In this document: positions 46,998-56,247 of the stretch, piece after piece | Layout of the letters: each line of letters starts with the position of its first letter | Numbering within the stretch: position 1 is the first letter of the stretch | From: Patescibacteria group bacterium | Lineage (GTDB): Bacteria; Patescibacteriota; Minisyncoccia; Phycocordibacterales; JACOZG01 | DNA length: 64,000 nucleotides | Reading direction: 5' to 3' | Assembly: GCA_034658935.1 (NCBI GenBank) | Contig: JAYEGE010000008.1 | Location: 68,678-132,677 of the forward strand | The notes under the pieces: generated by a model | What the model was told of the DNA's origin: nothing | The model's input: the letters and a program-made list of their open reading frames with translations, nothing else | Databases searched by the model: none | Position numbers and translations under genes: made by a program

Positions 46998-48101
46998 CTA
47001 CTTAATTTCCACGAATTCGCCTCCCTTGAACTCGTAGGAGTGGAGGGGCACATGGACGGTGCGATTAGGCTTGAAGCGGAAGCCGTCTACGGCGGCGTCA
47101 GGAGAGCTAGCGCCAATGATATCTTCGATCAGATCGGACATATTAAACCGGTTTTCTTTAAGGGTATCGAGGAGAAGGGTGGTGGCTGAGTGGCCGAGAG
47201 CGGCAAAATAATCAGGGTCGGCATCATAAGATTCACGGAAAGTTCTCACGAAGTCGGGATTATAATCCTCGGATAAACGGGCGGCGAAATAAATCTCTTC
47301 CGCTTCCTCGCCAAACAAGTCCTTGAGCTGGTCCTTATTCACGTCGCTACTGATATAGAGTGGGGTACCCTTGGACAGTATTGGATATTGTCGCAGGGTG
47401 ATAAAGCCTTCTGTTGGAGAGAGCATGGTGTAGACGACGTCAGGCTTGGCGGCGATCATTTTGGCAACCAAAGTTCGGATGTCCTTGGTCTGATTCGGCA
47501 CGATCTTTTCTACACCCAAGAGAGTAATCTCGTCGGAGTGCTCTTCAAGGATGTCCTCAACCAGCAAACCAAACTCGCTGTTCTCAGTGAAGAAGTAAAT
47601 CTTTTTCCAGCCCTGAGATTTCATGAAGTCAATGGCATGTTCGACTTGATCGGTAAGCCCAGGGTAGATGCAGAAAACAGTTGGGTAATCTTGGAATCTA
47701 TCGTCACAATTAGAGGCACTGATAACTGTTGGCCCACTATCGGGATCTAAGGTAGGGGCGATGGTCAGAGTCTGGGCGGGGCCGAAAGGGCCGATAACTA
47801 CGTCTACTTGGTCTTGCTCAACCACTTTTCTAAAAGCCGATAGGGCGCCGCTAGTGGTGAAGCCGGCAGTATCTTCGGGGACTAATTCAACGGTCGAAGA
47901 GTCTAAACCGCTTTGGGCTAGGGCAATTTCTACGCCGTGCAAAACATTATCTCCAAAGGCGGCTAATTCACCAGAGAGGGGCATCACCAGGCCTATTTTA
48001 GTAAGCTCGGGGTCGCTTGGGCGACTGGCTTGGGTGACAATAACAATAATAATTACTACCAAGGCCAGGCCTATTAACCAGGCTATTTTTCTATTTTTCA
48101 T
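46998..48101 (-). CDS. LivK-family substrate-binding protein (paralogue 3, opposite strand)
   Basis: IGLVMPLSGELAAFGD and an N-terminal TM anchor. Confidence 0.75.
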   Translation of the reverse strand: MKNRKIAWLIGLALVVIIIVIVTQASRPSDPELTKIGLVMPLSGELAAFGDNVLHGVEIALAQSGLDSSTVELVPEDTAGFTTSGALSAFRKVVEQDQVDVVIGPFGPAQTLTIAPTLDPDSGPTVISASNCDDRFQDYPTVFCIYPGLTDQVEHAIDFMKSQGWKKIYFFTENSEFGLLVEDILEEHSDEITLLGVEKIVPNQTKDIRTLVAKMIAAKPDVVYTMLSPTEGFITLRQYPILSKGTPLYISSDVNKDQLKDLFGEEAEEIYFAARLSEDYNPDFVRTFRESYDADPDYFAALGHSATTLLLDTLKENRFNMSDLIEDIIGASSPDAAVDGFRFKPNRTVHVPLHSYEFKGGEFVEIK

Positions 48102-48232
48102 CGTCCTAGTATGGCAAGATTCTTGTTAGATGAGAAATGGGGGGAGTAAGCGAGACTTGACTTTTACGAGGATTAGGGCTATTTTGGGTGGGTAAAGTGA
48201 CAATCTTGTCGTCGCTTTTAAACACATACTTT

Positions 48233-48991
48233 ATGAAAGCATATAAGACTCTTTCTCAGTTTTTTAATCTTGGTGAGGCAGAGGCCAAGATCTATATTGC
48301 GGCCACTAAGGCCAAAGATGCCCTAATTAGTGATTTAGCCAAAGCAGCAGGCCTAAGGCGTACTTCTGTCTATCTACCCTTGGAGAAATTAATCGAGAAG
48401 GGCCTGATTACTAAAACTAAAGTTGGTAAGCGGATTAAATACAACGCGGTTGATCCTCAAACTCTATCCTCCATCTTCGATCAGCATAAGGGTGACATTG
48501 ATCAATTGGTCCAGAACTTAAGTCAATCATATCTTAGCTCTCAGGCCGTCGCTTCAGTGGAATACTTTAGTGGCACCACTGGGGTTAATTCGGCACTAGA
48601 GATATTCTTAGATCAAACCAAGGATGGGCTTTGGAAAACTTTCGAATCTAATCTTAATTCACCCATTCCCACTCTTCATCGTTTCGAGGATTATATCTGT
48701 CGCCGGGTTAAGCGTAAAATTGCCAGCCGCTGCATCATCTCTATGGGCCACATGACTCCTTGGTTGAAAGAGCGTTTGGCTCGGGGTAAGGAAGAATTGC
48801 ACGAGGACTTACTAATATCTGAGAAGATTTTCCCTATGCCTGCCTTAGCTGGTATTACTAGCGGGGTGGTTATCTTTATTGCTGTAGCCGAGGTGCCTTA
48901 CGCGGTGCTACTTAAGAGCGACGAGATATCGGCCACCTTGTCTACGATTCACGATTTAGTTTGGAGTCGCTATAGTCTTGCGAACTCTTAG
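48233..48991 (+). CDS. TrmB-like transcriptional regulator
   Basis: N-terminal winged HTH (TLSQFFNLGEAEAKIYIAATKAKDALISDLAKAAGLRRTSVYLPLEKLIEKGL). Confidence 0.55.
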   Translation: MKAYKTLSQFFNLGEAEAKIYIAATKAKDALISDLAKAAGLRRTSVYLPLEKLIEKGLITKTKVGKRIKYNAVDPQTLSSIFDQHKGDIDQLVQNLSQSYLSSQAVASVEYFSGTTGVNSALEIFLDQTKDGLWKTFESNLNSPIPTLHRFEDYICRRVKRKIASRCIISMGHMTPWLKERLARGKEELHEDLLISEKIFPMPALAGITSGVVIFIAVAEVPYAVLLKSDEISATLSTIHDLVWSRYSLANS

Positions 48992-49024
48992 CCGAAGCCC
49001 TATAATTCGATTAAATAAACGGCC

Positions 49025-49885
49025 ATGGAGATTATTCCGCAATTGGTGCTCAACAGCATTATCGCCGGGTCCATCTACGCAATGGTGGCGCTCGGCTTTA
49101 ATCTTATCTATGGTACGGCCCGCTTCTTTGATCTCGGCTATGGTGCTCTGGCGGTGGTTGGCGGCTATACCGTCTTCTATCTAAGCAAGATGCTCGGCTG
49201 GCCTCTACCCTTGGGCATAATTTCAGGGGTAGTGGTAGCTGGGTTAGTCGGCGCTCTAATCTATTATTTCGTCTATCAACCTCTCCGGGCGCGTCAGGCC
49301 TCGCCCATGGTCCTCCTGGTAGCCTCTCTGGGAGTCTTCACTGTTATCCAGGCCCTTATTGCCATTCTTTTCTCTAGTCAATTCCAGACTCTTAGTGCTG
49401 GTAGCTCCAAGGTTTATGAAATCTTTGGTGGGGTGATTACTCAAGTGCAATTGGTAATTTTCCTTTCCGGTTTAGCCATCATGGTGCTCTTGGGGCTGGC
49501 CCTCCGCTACACCATGTTTGGCAAGGCGGTTAAGGCGGTGAGCGACGACGAAGAAGTGGCCAAGATGGTTGGCATCAACACCACTAAGATTATTGGTTGG
49601 GTCTTCTTTATCGGTTCGGCCATTGCTGGGTTGGCTGGAGTGCTGGTCGGTTTTGATACTGGCCTCGAACCAACCATGGGCATGAACCTGCTTCTTAAGG
49701 GGGTGATCGCTTCTATCGTCGGCGGCATTGGTAATGTGTATGGCGGCGTTATCGGCGCCTTTCTCCTCGGCTTTGTTGAGAATTTTGGTATTTGGCAGAT
49801 CTCTGGGGAATGGAAGGACGCAATAGCTTTCGGCCTGCTGATCGTTTTCTTATTATTCAGACCACAAGGAATCTTCAAAAAATAA
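49025..49885 (+). CDS. livH: branched-chain amino acid ABC transporter permease (LivH type)
   Basis: LivH-like multi-TM topology and conserved loop. Confidence 0.85.
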   Translation: MEIIPQLVLNSIIAGSIYAMVALGFNLIYGTARFFDLGYGALAVVGGYTVFYLSKMLGWPLPLGIISGVVVAGLVGALIYYFVYQPLRARQASPMVLLVASLGVFTVIQALIAILFSSQFQTLSAGSSKVYEIFGGVITQVQLVIFLSGLAIMVLLGLALRYTMFGKAVKAVSDDEEVAKMVGINTTKIIGWVFFIGSAIAGLAGVLVGFDTGLEPTMGMNLLLKGVIASIVGGIGNVYGGVIGAFLLGFVENFGIWQISGEWKDAIAFGLLIVFLLFRPQGIFKK

Positions 49886-49928
49886 CAAGGGAGATATAAG
49901 ATTTAAGATTTATGATTCAAGAATAAGG

Positions 49929-50312
49929 ATGCAAGACACAAGTGATAAGAAAATTAAAGAATTTACTGATCTGAAGGCTTGGCAAGAAGCGCATAGTTTA
50001 GTGTTGGCCGTTTATCATCTGACGAGACGTTTCCCTAAAGGGGAGCTGTTTGGATTAACGAGCCAAATGCGTCGAGCTGCTGTGTCTATTACTTCTAATA
50101 TCGCTGAGGGATTTGGCCGGCGGAGCTACAAAGAAAAAATCCAATTTTATTATCTGACCCAAGGATCTCTAACAGAATTGAAGAACCAAATATTGATAGC
50201 CAGAGATGTAGAGTATATGATGATGCCGGAGTACGAGTCTCTTGCTGCCAAGGCTGACTCCGCCCACCGTTTACTGCAAGGTTTGATTACGAAGTCGAAA
50301 TTTTTTCTTTAA
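49929..50312 (+). CDS. four-helix-bundle protein (23S rRNA intervening-sequence protein family, Avd-related)
   Basis: DLKAWQEAHSLVLAVY..FGLTSQMRRAAVSITSNIAEG is the hallmark of this family. Confidence 0.8.
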   Translation: MQDTSDKKIKEFTDLKAWQEAHSLVLAVYHLTRRFPKGELFGLTSQMRRAAVSITSNIAEGFGRRSYKEKIQFYYLTQGSLTELKNQILIARDVEYMMMPEYESLAAKADSAHRLLQGLITKSKFFL

Positions 50313-50352
50313 CTTTCTTGAATCTTAAATCTAGATTCTTAAATCTATTCCT

Positions 50353-51219
50353 ATGGCTTACGTTGTTCACTTATTAATACTTATCGGTATCTACGCTATC
50401 CTTGGCGTCTCTTTGAACTTAGTGGTTGGCTATACTGGCTTGCTTAGTGTCACGCACGCCGCCTTTTATGGAGTGGGTGGGTATGCGGTGGCCATTATGC
50501 TTACTAGCCTAGGGCTTAATTTTTTCTTGGCCCTATTGCTGGCGGTGATAATTACTGGTTTGGCCAGCTTATTGATTGGTTTGGTTTTGAGTAAGTTCAG
50601 TGATGATTATTATGCTTTGGGGTCCTTTGGCTTTAATATAATTATCTATAGCATTTTTCTTAATTGGCAGGGCCTAACTCGTGGCCCCTTGGGGATCCCA
50701 GGTATTCCTCGACCCAGCGCCTTCGGCTTTGAGTTTGGTAGCAATATAAGTTTTTTGATTTTGACTGTCGCCGCTGCGCTTTTAATCTATTGGTTGGCTC
50801 AATGGTTGGCCAGGTCTTCCTTCGGTCGAGCCCTGAAGGCTATCCGGGAGGACGAGGAAGCTCTCCGCGTCTTTGGTTACCGGACGACTTATTATAAGCT
50901 GGCCATCTTTGTTATTGGCGCCATGATGGCGGCGGTGGCTGGCGGACTCTTTGCCGCTTACATTACCTTCATTGATCCCTCCACCTTTACCCTCAACGAA
51001 TCGATTTTCTTATTGGCTATCGTCATCTTGGGCGGCCTGTCTAATAATAGGGGGGCGGTGATTGGTGCGGTGGCTCTAGTTCTCTTGCCAGAGGCTCTTC
51101 GCTTCGTTGGGTTTCCTACCGACATCGCCGCTCAAATGCGCCAAGTAGTTTACGGCCTCGTTCTTATCCTCCTAATGCTCTATCGCCCACAAGGCCTGAT
51201 CGGAGAGTATAAATTATAA
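50353..51219 (+). CDS. livM: branched-chain amino acid ABC transporter permease (LivM type)
   Basis: LivM-like TM protein. Confidence 0.85.
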   Translation: MAYVVHLLILIGIYAILGVSLNLVVGYTGLLSVTHAAFYGVGGYAVAIMLTSLGLNFFLALLLAVIITGLASLLIGLVLSKFSDDYYALGSFGFNIIIYSIFLNWQGLTRGPLGIPGIPRPSAFGFEFGSNISFLILTVAAALLIYWLAQWLARSSFGRALKAIREDEEALRVFGYRTTYYKLAIFVIGAMMAAVAGGLFAAYITFIDPSTFTLNESIFLLAIVILGGLSNNRGAVIGAVALVLLPEALRFVGFPTDIAAQMRQVVYGLVLILLMLYRPQGLIGEYKL

Positions 51220-51221
51220 TT

Positions 51222-51968
51222 ATGCCTACCCTAGAAACAAAAAATATAAAGAAGCATTTTGAGGGCGTTAAGGCGGTGGATGGTCTGTCGCTTAAGTTTG
51301 AGGCCGGGCAAATCACTGGCGTGGTCGGCCCTAATGGTTCGGGTAAATCAACCTTAGTTAACCTATTGACCGGTATGGCCCCCTACCAAGACGGTGAGGT
51401 GATATTCTCGGGCGCCGAGGGCTTGCGGAAATTACTGCCCCACGAGGTGGCTAATTATGGCGTTGCTCGAACTTTTCAAGATGTCCGCCTTTTCGAGCAA
51501 ATGCCAGTGCTCGACAATATTTTGGTGGTGCTTACTGAGCGCGGCGTTTTCAGCTCTATCTTTGAGCGCCACGGCGATTTTCACTTAGCTCAAGCGGAAG
51601 AAGTACTCCGCAAGGTTGGCCTCTGGAGTAAGCGCAACGAATTGGCAGTTAATCTTTCTTACGGTCAACGCAAACTCTTAGAGATTGCTCGAGTGCTGGC
51701 AATGATCTTTGGTCGTGGTGCCAGCATCGTCTTCTTGGACGAGCCCTTTGCTGGCCTCTTTCCTGAAATGATCAAAGTGGTGGTTAGTGTCCTTGAGGAA
51801 CTCAAACAGCAAAATAGAACCATTATTCTGATTGAACATAATATGGAGCTTATCCGCCAGCTGAGCGATCACGTCTATGTATTAGATGCTGGCCAAGAAC
51901 TGGCGGCTGGCAAACCCGAAAAAGCCCTCGGCCGACCAGAGGTTATCGAGGCTTATCTGGGGGAGTGA
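51222..51968 (+). CDS. livG: ABC transporter ATP-binding protein (LivG type)
   Basis: Walker A GPNGSGKST, ABC signature, LivG-specific insertion. Confidence 0.85.
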   Translation: MPTLETKNIKKHFEGVKAVDGLSLKFEAGQITGVVGPNGSGKSTLVNLLTGMAPYQDGEVIFSGAEGLRKLLPHEVANYGVARTFQDVRLFEQMPVLDNILVVLTERGVFSSIFERHGDFHLAQAEEVLRKVGLWSKRNELAVNLSYGQRKLLEIARVLAMIFGRGASIVFLDEPFAGLFPEMIKVVVSVLEELKQQNRTIILIEHNMELIRQLSDHVYVLDAGQELAAGKPEKALGRPEVIEAYLGE

Positions 51969-52049
51969 TTTGCACATTCTCGTTACCCTCTCAGACATTA
52001 GGTGTCGCACTCCCAGAGACACCCAGTGTCGTTGGTGGTTGGAGGAGTT

Positions 52050-52520
52050 CTAGCGAGTAACAGAAATGGTTTCTCCGCCTTCGGCGTAGGGGGCGATTAG
52101 AGTGATGCGGCCGGCGGTGTTTTTACTAATGCGGTAGCAAGTGTCGTAACTGCTCGCGCTAGTCCAGGCCGAGGTGCAGGTGCTACCGCCGGTGTCGCCG
52201 GTAGGGTCGGTAGGTAAGGTGCCGAGGAAGCCTGGGACTAGGCAGGCGGCTAGGTCATAATTGCCGGCCCCAGAAGCGACGTCAGTTTCAGTGGCTGGGA
52301 TATCGTCGCAGGTGGTGTCGGTGTAGGTACCTCTATTGTCGACGATTCGCAAGCCAATCGCATCTAAGACAGAGGCCAAGTGGGCTCGGCGGGTGGTGTT
52401 ATTGGCTTCTTGGAAGCGCTTGCTGGGGTTAATAGCGACGAAGACGATTGTTGCTAAGATGGCAATGAGGGCGATGACGATCAAAATTTCAATGAGCGTG
52501 AATCCTTTTTGTTTCTTCAT
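52050..52520 (-). CDS. type IV pilin (prepilin N-terminal methylation motif)
   Basis: KGFTLIEILIVIALIAILA class III signal and Cys-containing C-terminal domain. Confidence 0.85.
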   Translation of the reverse strand: MKKQKGFTLIEILIVIALIAILATIVFVAINPSKRFQEANNTTRRAHLASVLDAIGLRIVDNRGTYTDTTCDDIPATETDVASGAGNYDLAACLVPGFLGTLPTDPTGDTGGSTCTSAWTSASSYDTCYRISKNTAGRITLIAPYAEGGETISVTR

Positions 52521-52526
52521 GTTGTT

Positions 52527-52922
52527 TTAATTCGTTAATTCTTGTTGAGTAATAATGTTGAATCCTCGGTCGATCTTTGCTGATAACTTGGTGTAGATAT
52601 TTTGTACCTCTGCTCGGGCGACGATGATCTTGGGCCAAGTGCCGCCCGAGGGGCCCACGGTAAGTACCTCACATTCGCTGTCACCAAGAACCACTCTGCT
52701 TCCGCCGCCATAGTCTAGATCACGGGCGAGTTCCAACCTGGCGGTTTCTATGCAAGCTTGAGCCAGCCCGCCGCTCATTTCTTTCAGCTCGCTATTGAGA
52801 ATATTGAATCTTGTTAGAAAGCTGCTGTCACTGCGGCGGACGAGGATGACCATTAATAAAGCGGAGATCATAATCACTGAGGTCAGGGCGATGAAGCCTT
52901 TGTTTTTGTTTCTATTGTTCAT
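52527..52922 (-). CDS. minor pilin / pseudopilin-like protein
   Basis: KGFIALTSVIMISALLM is a degenerate prepilin leader. It sits in the pilus operon. Confidence 0.55.
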   Translation of the reverse strand: MNNRNKNKGFIALTSVIMISALLMVILVRRSDSSFLTRFNILNSELKEMSGGLAQACIETARLELARDLDYGGGSRVVLGDSECEVLTVGPSGGTWPKIIVARAEVQNIYTKLSAKIDRGFNIITQQELTN

Positions 52923-52923
52923 A

Positions 52924-53343
52924 TTATGGTGGGACTAATTGCTCTAAATAAAATTCCCGTTCATTTACTTTGAAGCCTATTCCTACTCGATTAGAACCAG
53001 GGGCCGTGAATTCTAGATCCTCGATTTGAATCCGTTGGGTGTTTAGTGATTGATTATCTAGAGTCAATGCTTGACCATTATTACTCGGGCTTAAGGTGTA
53101 GACGTCGCCAAGCCTGTTTATTTCTAAAATGTCCGGGCCGAGAATATTAGCGCTGGTGGCCCCCATGAAAAGCCAAGAGATTTTCCGAAAGATGAAGTCA
53201 ATCTCTCCACTCACTACGTTATCGGCGCCTAATTGTTCGCCGCTTCTCGCTAATTGGTAAGTGCTCGCTACGGCGCCGCTCATCATGATAGAAAAAATAG
53301 CTAGGTATATTATCGTTTCAATTAAAGTCATACCTCTTTGCAT
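52924..53343 (-). CDS. pseudopilin (prepilin-type N-terminal domain)
   Basis: GMTLIETIIYLAIFSIMM. Confidence 0.65.
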   Translation of the reverse strand: MQRGMTLIETIIYLAIFSIMMSGAVASTYQLARSGEQLGADNVVSGEIDFIFRKISWLFMGATSANILGPDILEINRLGDVYTLSPSNNGQALTLDNQSLNTQRIQIEDLEFTAPGSNRVGIGFKVNEREFYLEQLVPP

Positions 53344-53344
53344 A

Positions 53345-54769
53345 TTAATCGCTTCTGATGAGATGTAATTGCGGCCGTAGACTGCCCACGGCATAGATAT
53401 AGTCCTCGTCTATATCCAGGCCGACAATGCCGGGTATGGGGAAGATGCTCCCCGGGGTAGCCGCCTCTGCGCCGCCCAAGTTCCAGATCTCTACCTGGCT
53501 GCCGCGTCCGACCCTAGATAAGAAGGCGTAATTGGCAGACGCTTTGGTATCCAAAATGGTGCCGCCAATCTCCCGGCTACTGACGATTGGTAATCCGGTA
53601 CTTACTGCGAATGGGTCAAGATTATCGAGAACAAAGAGATCGTCTCCGGCGCCGGACTCTAGGCCAATCACAATCTTGGTCCCAAGTAAGAAGAGTGACC
53701 GGCCATCTTTGTTCCCCGGCAGATTAGTTCGGCCCCCTGTTAATTCGCTTATTGCTCCTGGGTTAGTGACGTCTAAGACGATGAGTTCTTTGTTATTGTG
53801 CGAAGTTGCCAAATAAGCAAATAGTTTTGGCGCATTGGCGACGAAGTGTTTCTGCGCGGCCAGGCCATATATCGAAGTATTGGGATTGAAATTGCCGAGC
53901 TCTATCGGGTTGCTCTGGTTACTAACGTCGAAGACATATAGCTCCGGCCTGCCGGCGTTGTAGCGAGTACTTACGTAGACCTTTTGATCGTAATAGAGGA
54001 CACGCCAGCCTTCCATCCCCGTACCAGCTGGATCATTTAAGCGCCGGCTTGATTCTAATCTGGGGTCCGGGCCGGTGACATCAGCAATCACTAATTGCTC
54101 AGCGGTGGTGGTGGCTCTAGCCAGGTAAGCATAAGTTTTATTGCTTGAATCGTCTCGAGCTACGTCTAAGGAATTAAAACCATCCCCGTCGGCCAAGAAA
54201 CCCTGGGTCAATGGTGTCGCGGGGTCGACGACATGTAGCCCCCTATTGGAGGTGATATAGGCGATACCAGCAAGTACGTCGATGTCTGTTGGAATGCCGA
54301 GGTCGACCAGTTCGATTGTTAAATGTGATTCAGGGGCGACCCAGTTACCTGCGGGGGCACTCGATAAGCAATCATTGCCCAGAGACTCCATCTCGCTTGG
54401 CCAACTGATCCCGGTGCTGAGGCTGACTTCCTTTTCTTTGTCGGCTATCGGGTAGCCGACCGAGCTAGTTATTAATTTAAGGCAGGGAGAGATGTCCAAG
54501 ATCCCCAAGGACGCAGTGAAGATGTTTTGTTGGGTTGAGGAGGCGTTGATAATGGAATTGAAATCACTAGCTTCAGCGCGCGTTAAGGTTAATTGATTCT
54601 TGGCAAAATGAATTGCTTGCCCCGATAACTCCGCATCTAAGGCGACCATTCGTTGGCCGAAGGAGACTAGCACTAAGGCGCTGAATGATATGGCCAACAC
54701 GGCTAGAGCGACCACCAACTCCAAGGTGCTGGATCCCCGCTGGGGCGAATTACCAATTGATACCACCAT
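53345..54769 (-). CDS. large pilus-associated protein with prepilin-like N-terminus and beta-propeller-type (LVIVD-like) repeats
   Basis: GSSTLELVVALAVLAI leader, then repeated ..YV.D..N.. blocks (ELYVFDVSNQSNP, LIVLDVTNPGA). Confidence 0.55.
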   Translation of the reverse strand: MVVSIGNSPQRGSSTLELVVALAVLAISFSALVLVSFGQRMVALDAELSGQAIHFAKNQLTLTRAEASDFNSIINASSTQQNIFTASLGILDISPCLKLITSSVGYPIADKEKEVSLSTGISWPSEMESLGNDCLSSAPAGNWVAPESHLTIELVDLGIPTDIDVLAGIAYITSNRGLHVVDPATPLTQGFLADGDGFNSLDVARDDSSNKTYAYLARATTTAEQLVIADVTGPDPRLESSRRLNDPAGTGMEGWRVLYYDQKVYVSTRYNAGRPELYVFDVSNQSNPIELGNFNPNTSIYGLAAQKHFVANAPKLFAYLATSHNNKELIVLDVTNPGAISELTGGRTNLPGNKDGRSLFLLGTKIVIGLESGAGDDLFVLDNLDPFAVSTGLPIVSSREIGGTILDTKASANYAFLSRVGRGSQVEIWNLGGAEAATPGSIFPIPGIVGLDIDEDYIYAVGSLRPQLHLIRSD

Positions 54770-55226
54770 ACTCGTTTATTATTACTGTTTCGCTATGTTC
54801 GCCGTCGCTCACTTCAATCGTCGCGCCCGCCGTGTTGCCAGATAATTGTTCAAACTGGATTCCATTGCTTGGCCAGTCGGCGAGACCTACTCGCTGGGGT
54901 AATCCCAAGTCTTCTCTATCGATTGGTGCTTGGCAGGTGCCGGCGGCGATTTGTAATTGGTGCGCGCCGGCGTCGTAGCAAACACTATGTCCTGTTCGAC
55001 TTAGATTATTCATCGCCCGATTGCGAGCAATAGATAGGGCGCCAATTACACGCTCGTATTCACTTTGGAAGGAATAGGTCTCATAACTGCGGAGGCTAAT
55101 GGGCAAGCCTAGGCCGACTAATAAGGCAAAGATTCCCAAGACGACTAAAATTTCTATAAGAGTCAGCCCTGCCCGGACTCGCCTTGGGCGAGACGGGCCG
55201 CTTTTATATATTCTGAGTGATCTCAT
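54750..55226 (-). CDS. pseudopilin (prepilin-type N-terminal domain)
   Basis: AGLTLIEILVVLGIFALLV. Confidence 0.65.
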   Translation of the reverse strand: MRSLRIYKSGPSRPRRVRAGLTLIEILVVLGIFALLVGLGLPISLRSYETYSFQSEYERVIGALSIARNRAMNNLSRTGHSVCYDAGAHQLQIAAGTCQAPIDREDLGLPQRVGLADWPSNGIQFEQLSGNTAGATIEVSDGEHSETVIINEYGGINW

Positions 55227-56247
55227 AGATAGGAGTAATAATTGAGATAGCCACCAAGCCAACCAAGAAGCCCATAATTATCATCAGGGTCGGTTCAATG
55301 GTGCTCGATAGGTTCTTGGTCAGATTGTCGATCTCTTGTTCATAAAACTCATTAAGATGCAGCAGGGTGTCGGCCAGGGCGCCGGTCTTTTCTCCGATGG
55401 CCGTTAGGTTTGTCATTAGGGGAGGGAAATAGGTGGGCTGAGTCGTGAGGTAATTAGAAACTCTTTCGCCTCGAAGTATGTCTTTGTCAATGCATTGGAT
55501 ATGTCTCCGATAGAGTGGGTGTCTTACTGTGTCGGCCGTTATCTTCAGAGCCTCGCTCAAGGGCGTTCCACTCTTCAATAATAATCCGAGGGTTCGGCAA
55601 AAACCGGCCAATTGGTAATTAAGGGTGAGGCGGCCGAGGACGGGGGCGCGTAAGTTTAACCAGGCTAACCCATTCCGGAAATGTCTGGAATAATGTCGGG
55701 CGATGTAGATGGTAATGACGCCGCCTACTAAGGTGCCCAATAACCAAAGGCCATCCTGGCGCAAGAAATTGCTCACCCCCATCATTATTTGAGTAATGAG
55801 AGGTAATTCTAATTGCATCCCTCGGAAGACCGGTGTGATTTTGGGTAGGATAAAAACCATCAGACCGCCGACTAGAACTAAGGTGGCGATGGAAATGAAG
55901 ACGGGATAGATTAGGGCGCTAATGATCTTGCGCTTCAGGAGTCGCTCCTTCTTTAATTCCGCCGCCAAGTACTCAAGATTACGGCTGAGCGTCCCACTCC
56001 GCTCGCCGATTTTGATTAAGTTAATAGTCATTTGTCCCAGTCTCCGGCCGGAGTGAGCGAGGCTGGCATGGAGGGATCGCCCGCCGGCCACCTTACCCAT
56101 CACTTGTTCTAGCCAGGCCTGTTCTCTGGGTGAGCGAGCCTGCTCCTGCAAGACTCGCAGGCTAGCGAGGATAGGAATACCGGCGCGCACCAAGAAGCTC
56201 AGGTCGCGAGCGAAACTTATTTGATCTTTGGCAGATAGTCTAATCAT
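55204..56247 (-). CDS. pilC: type IV pilus / T2SS platform protein (GspF/PilC family)
   Basis: Two GspF repeats with three TM segments. Confidence 0.85.
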   Translation of the reverse strand: MIRLSAKDQISFARDLSFLVRAGIPILASLRVLQEQARSPREQAWLEQVMGKVAGGRSLHASLAHSGRRLGQMTINLIKIGERSGTLSRNLEYLAAELKKERLLKRKIISALIYPVFISIATLVLVGGLMVFILPKITPVFRGMQLELPLITQIMMGVSNFLRQDGLWLLGTLVGGVITIYIARHYSRHFRNGLAWLNLRAPVLGRLTLNYQLAGFCRTLGLLLKSGTPLSEALKITADTVRHPLYRRHIQCIDKDILRGERVSNYLTTQPTYFPPLMTNLTAIGEKTGALADTLLHLNEFYEQEIDNLTKNLSSTIEPTLMIIMGFLVGLVAISIITPIYEITQNI

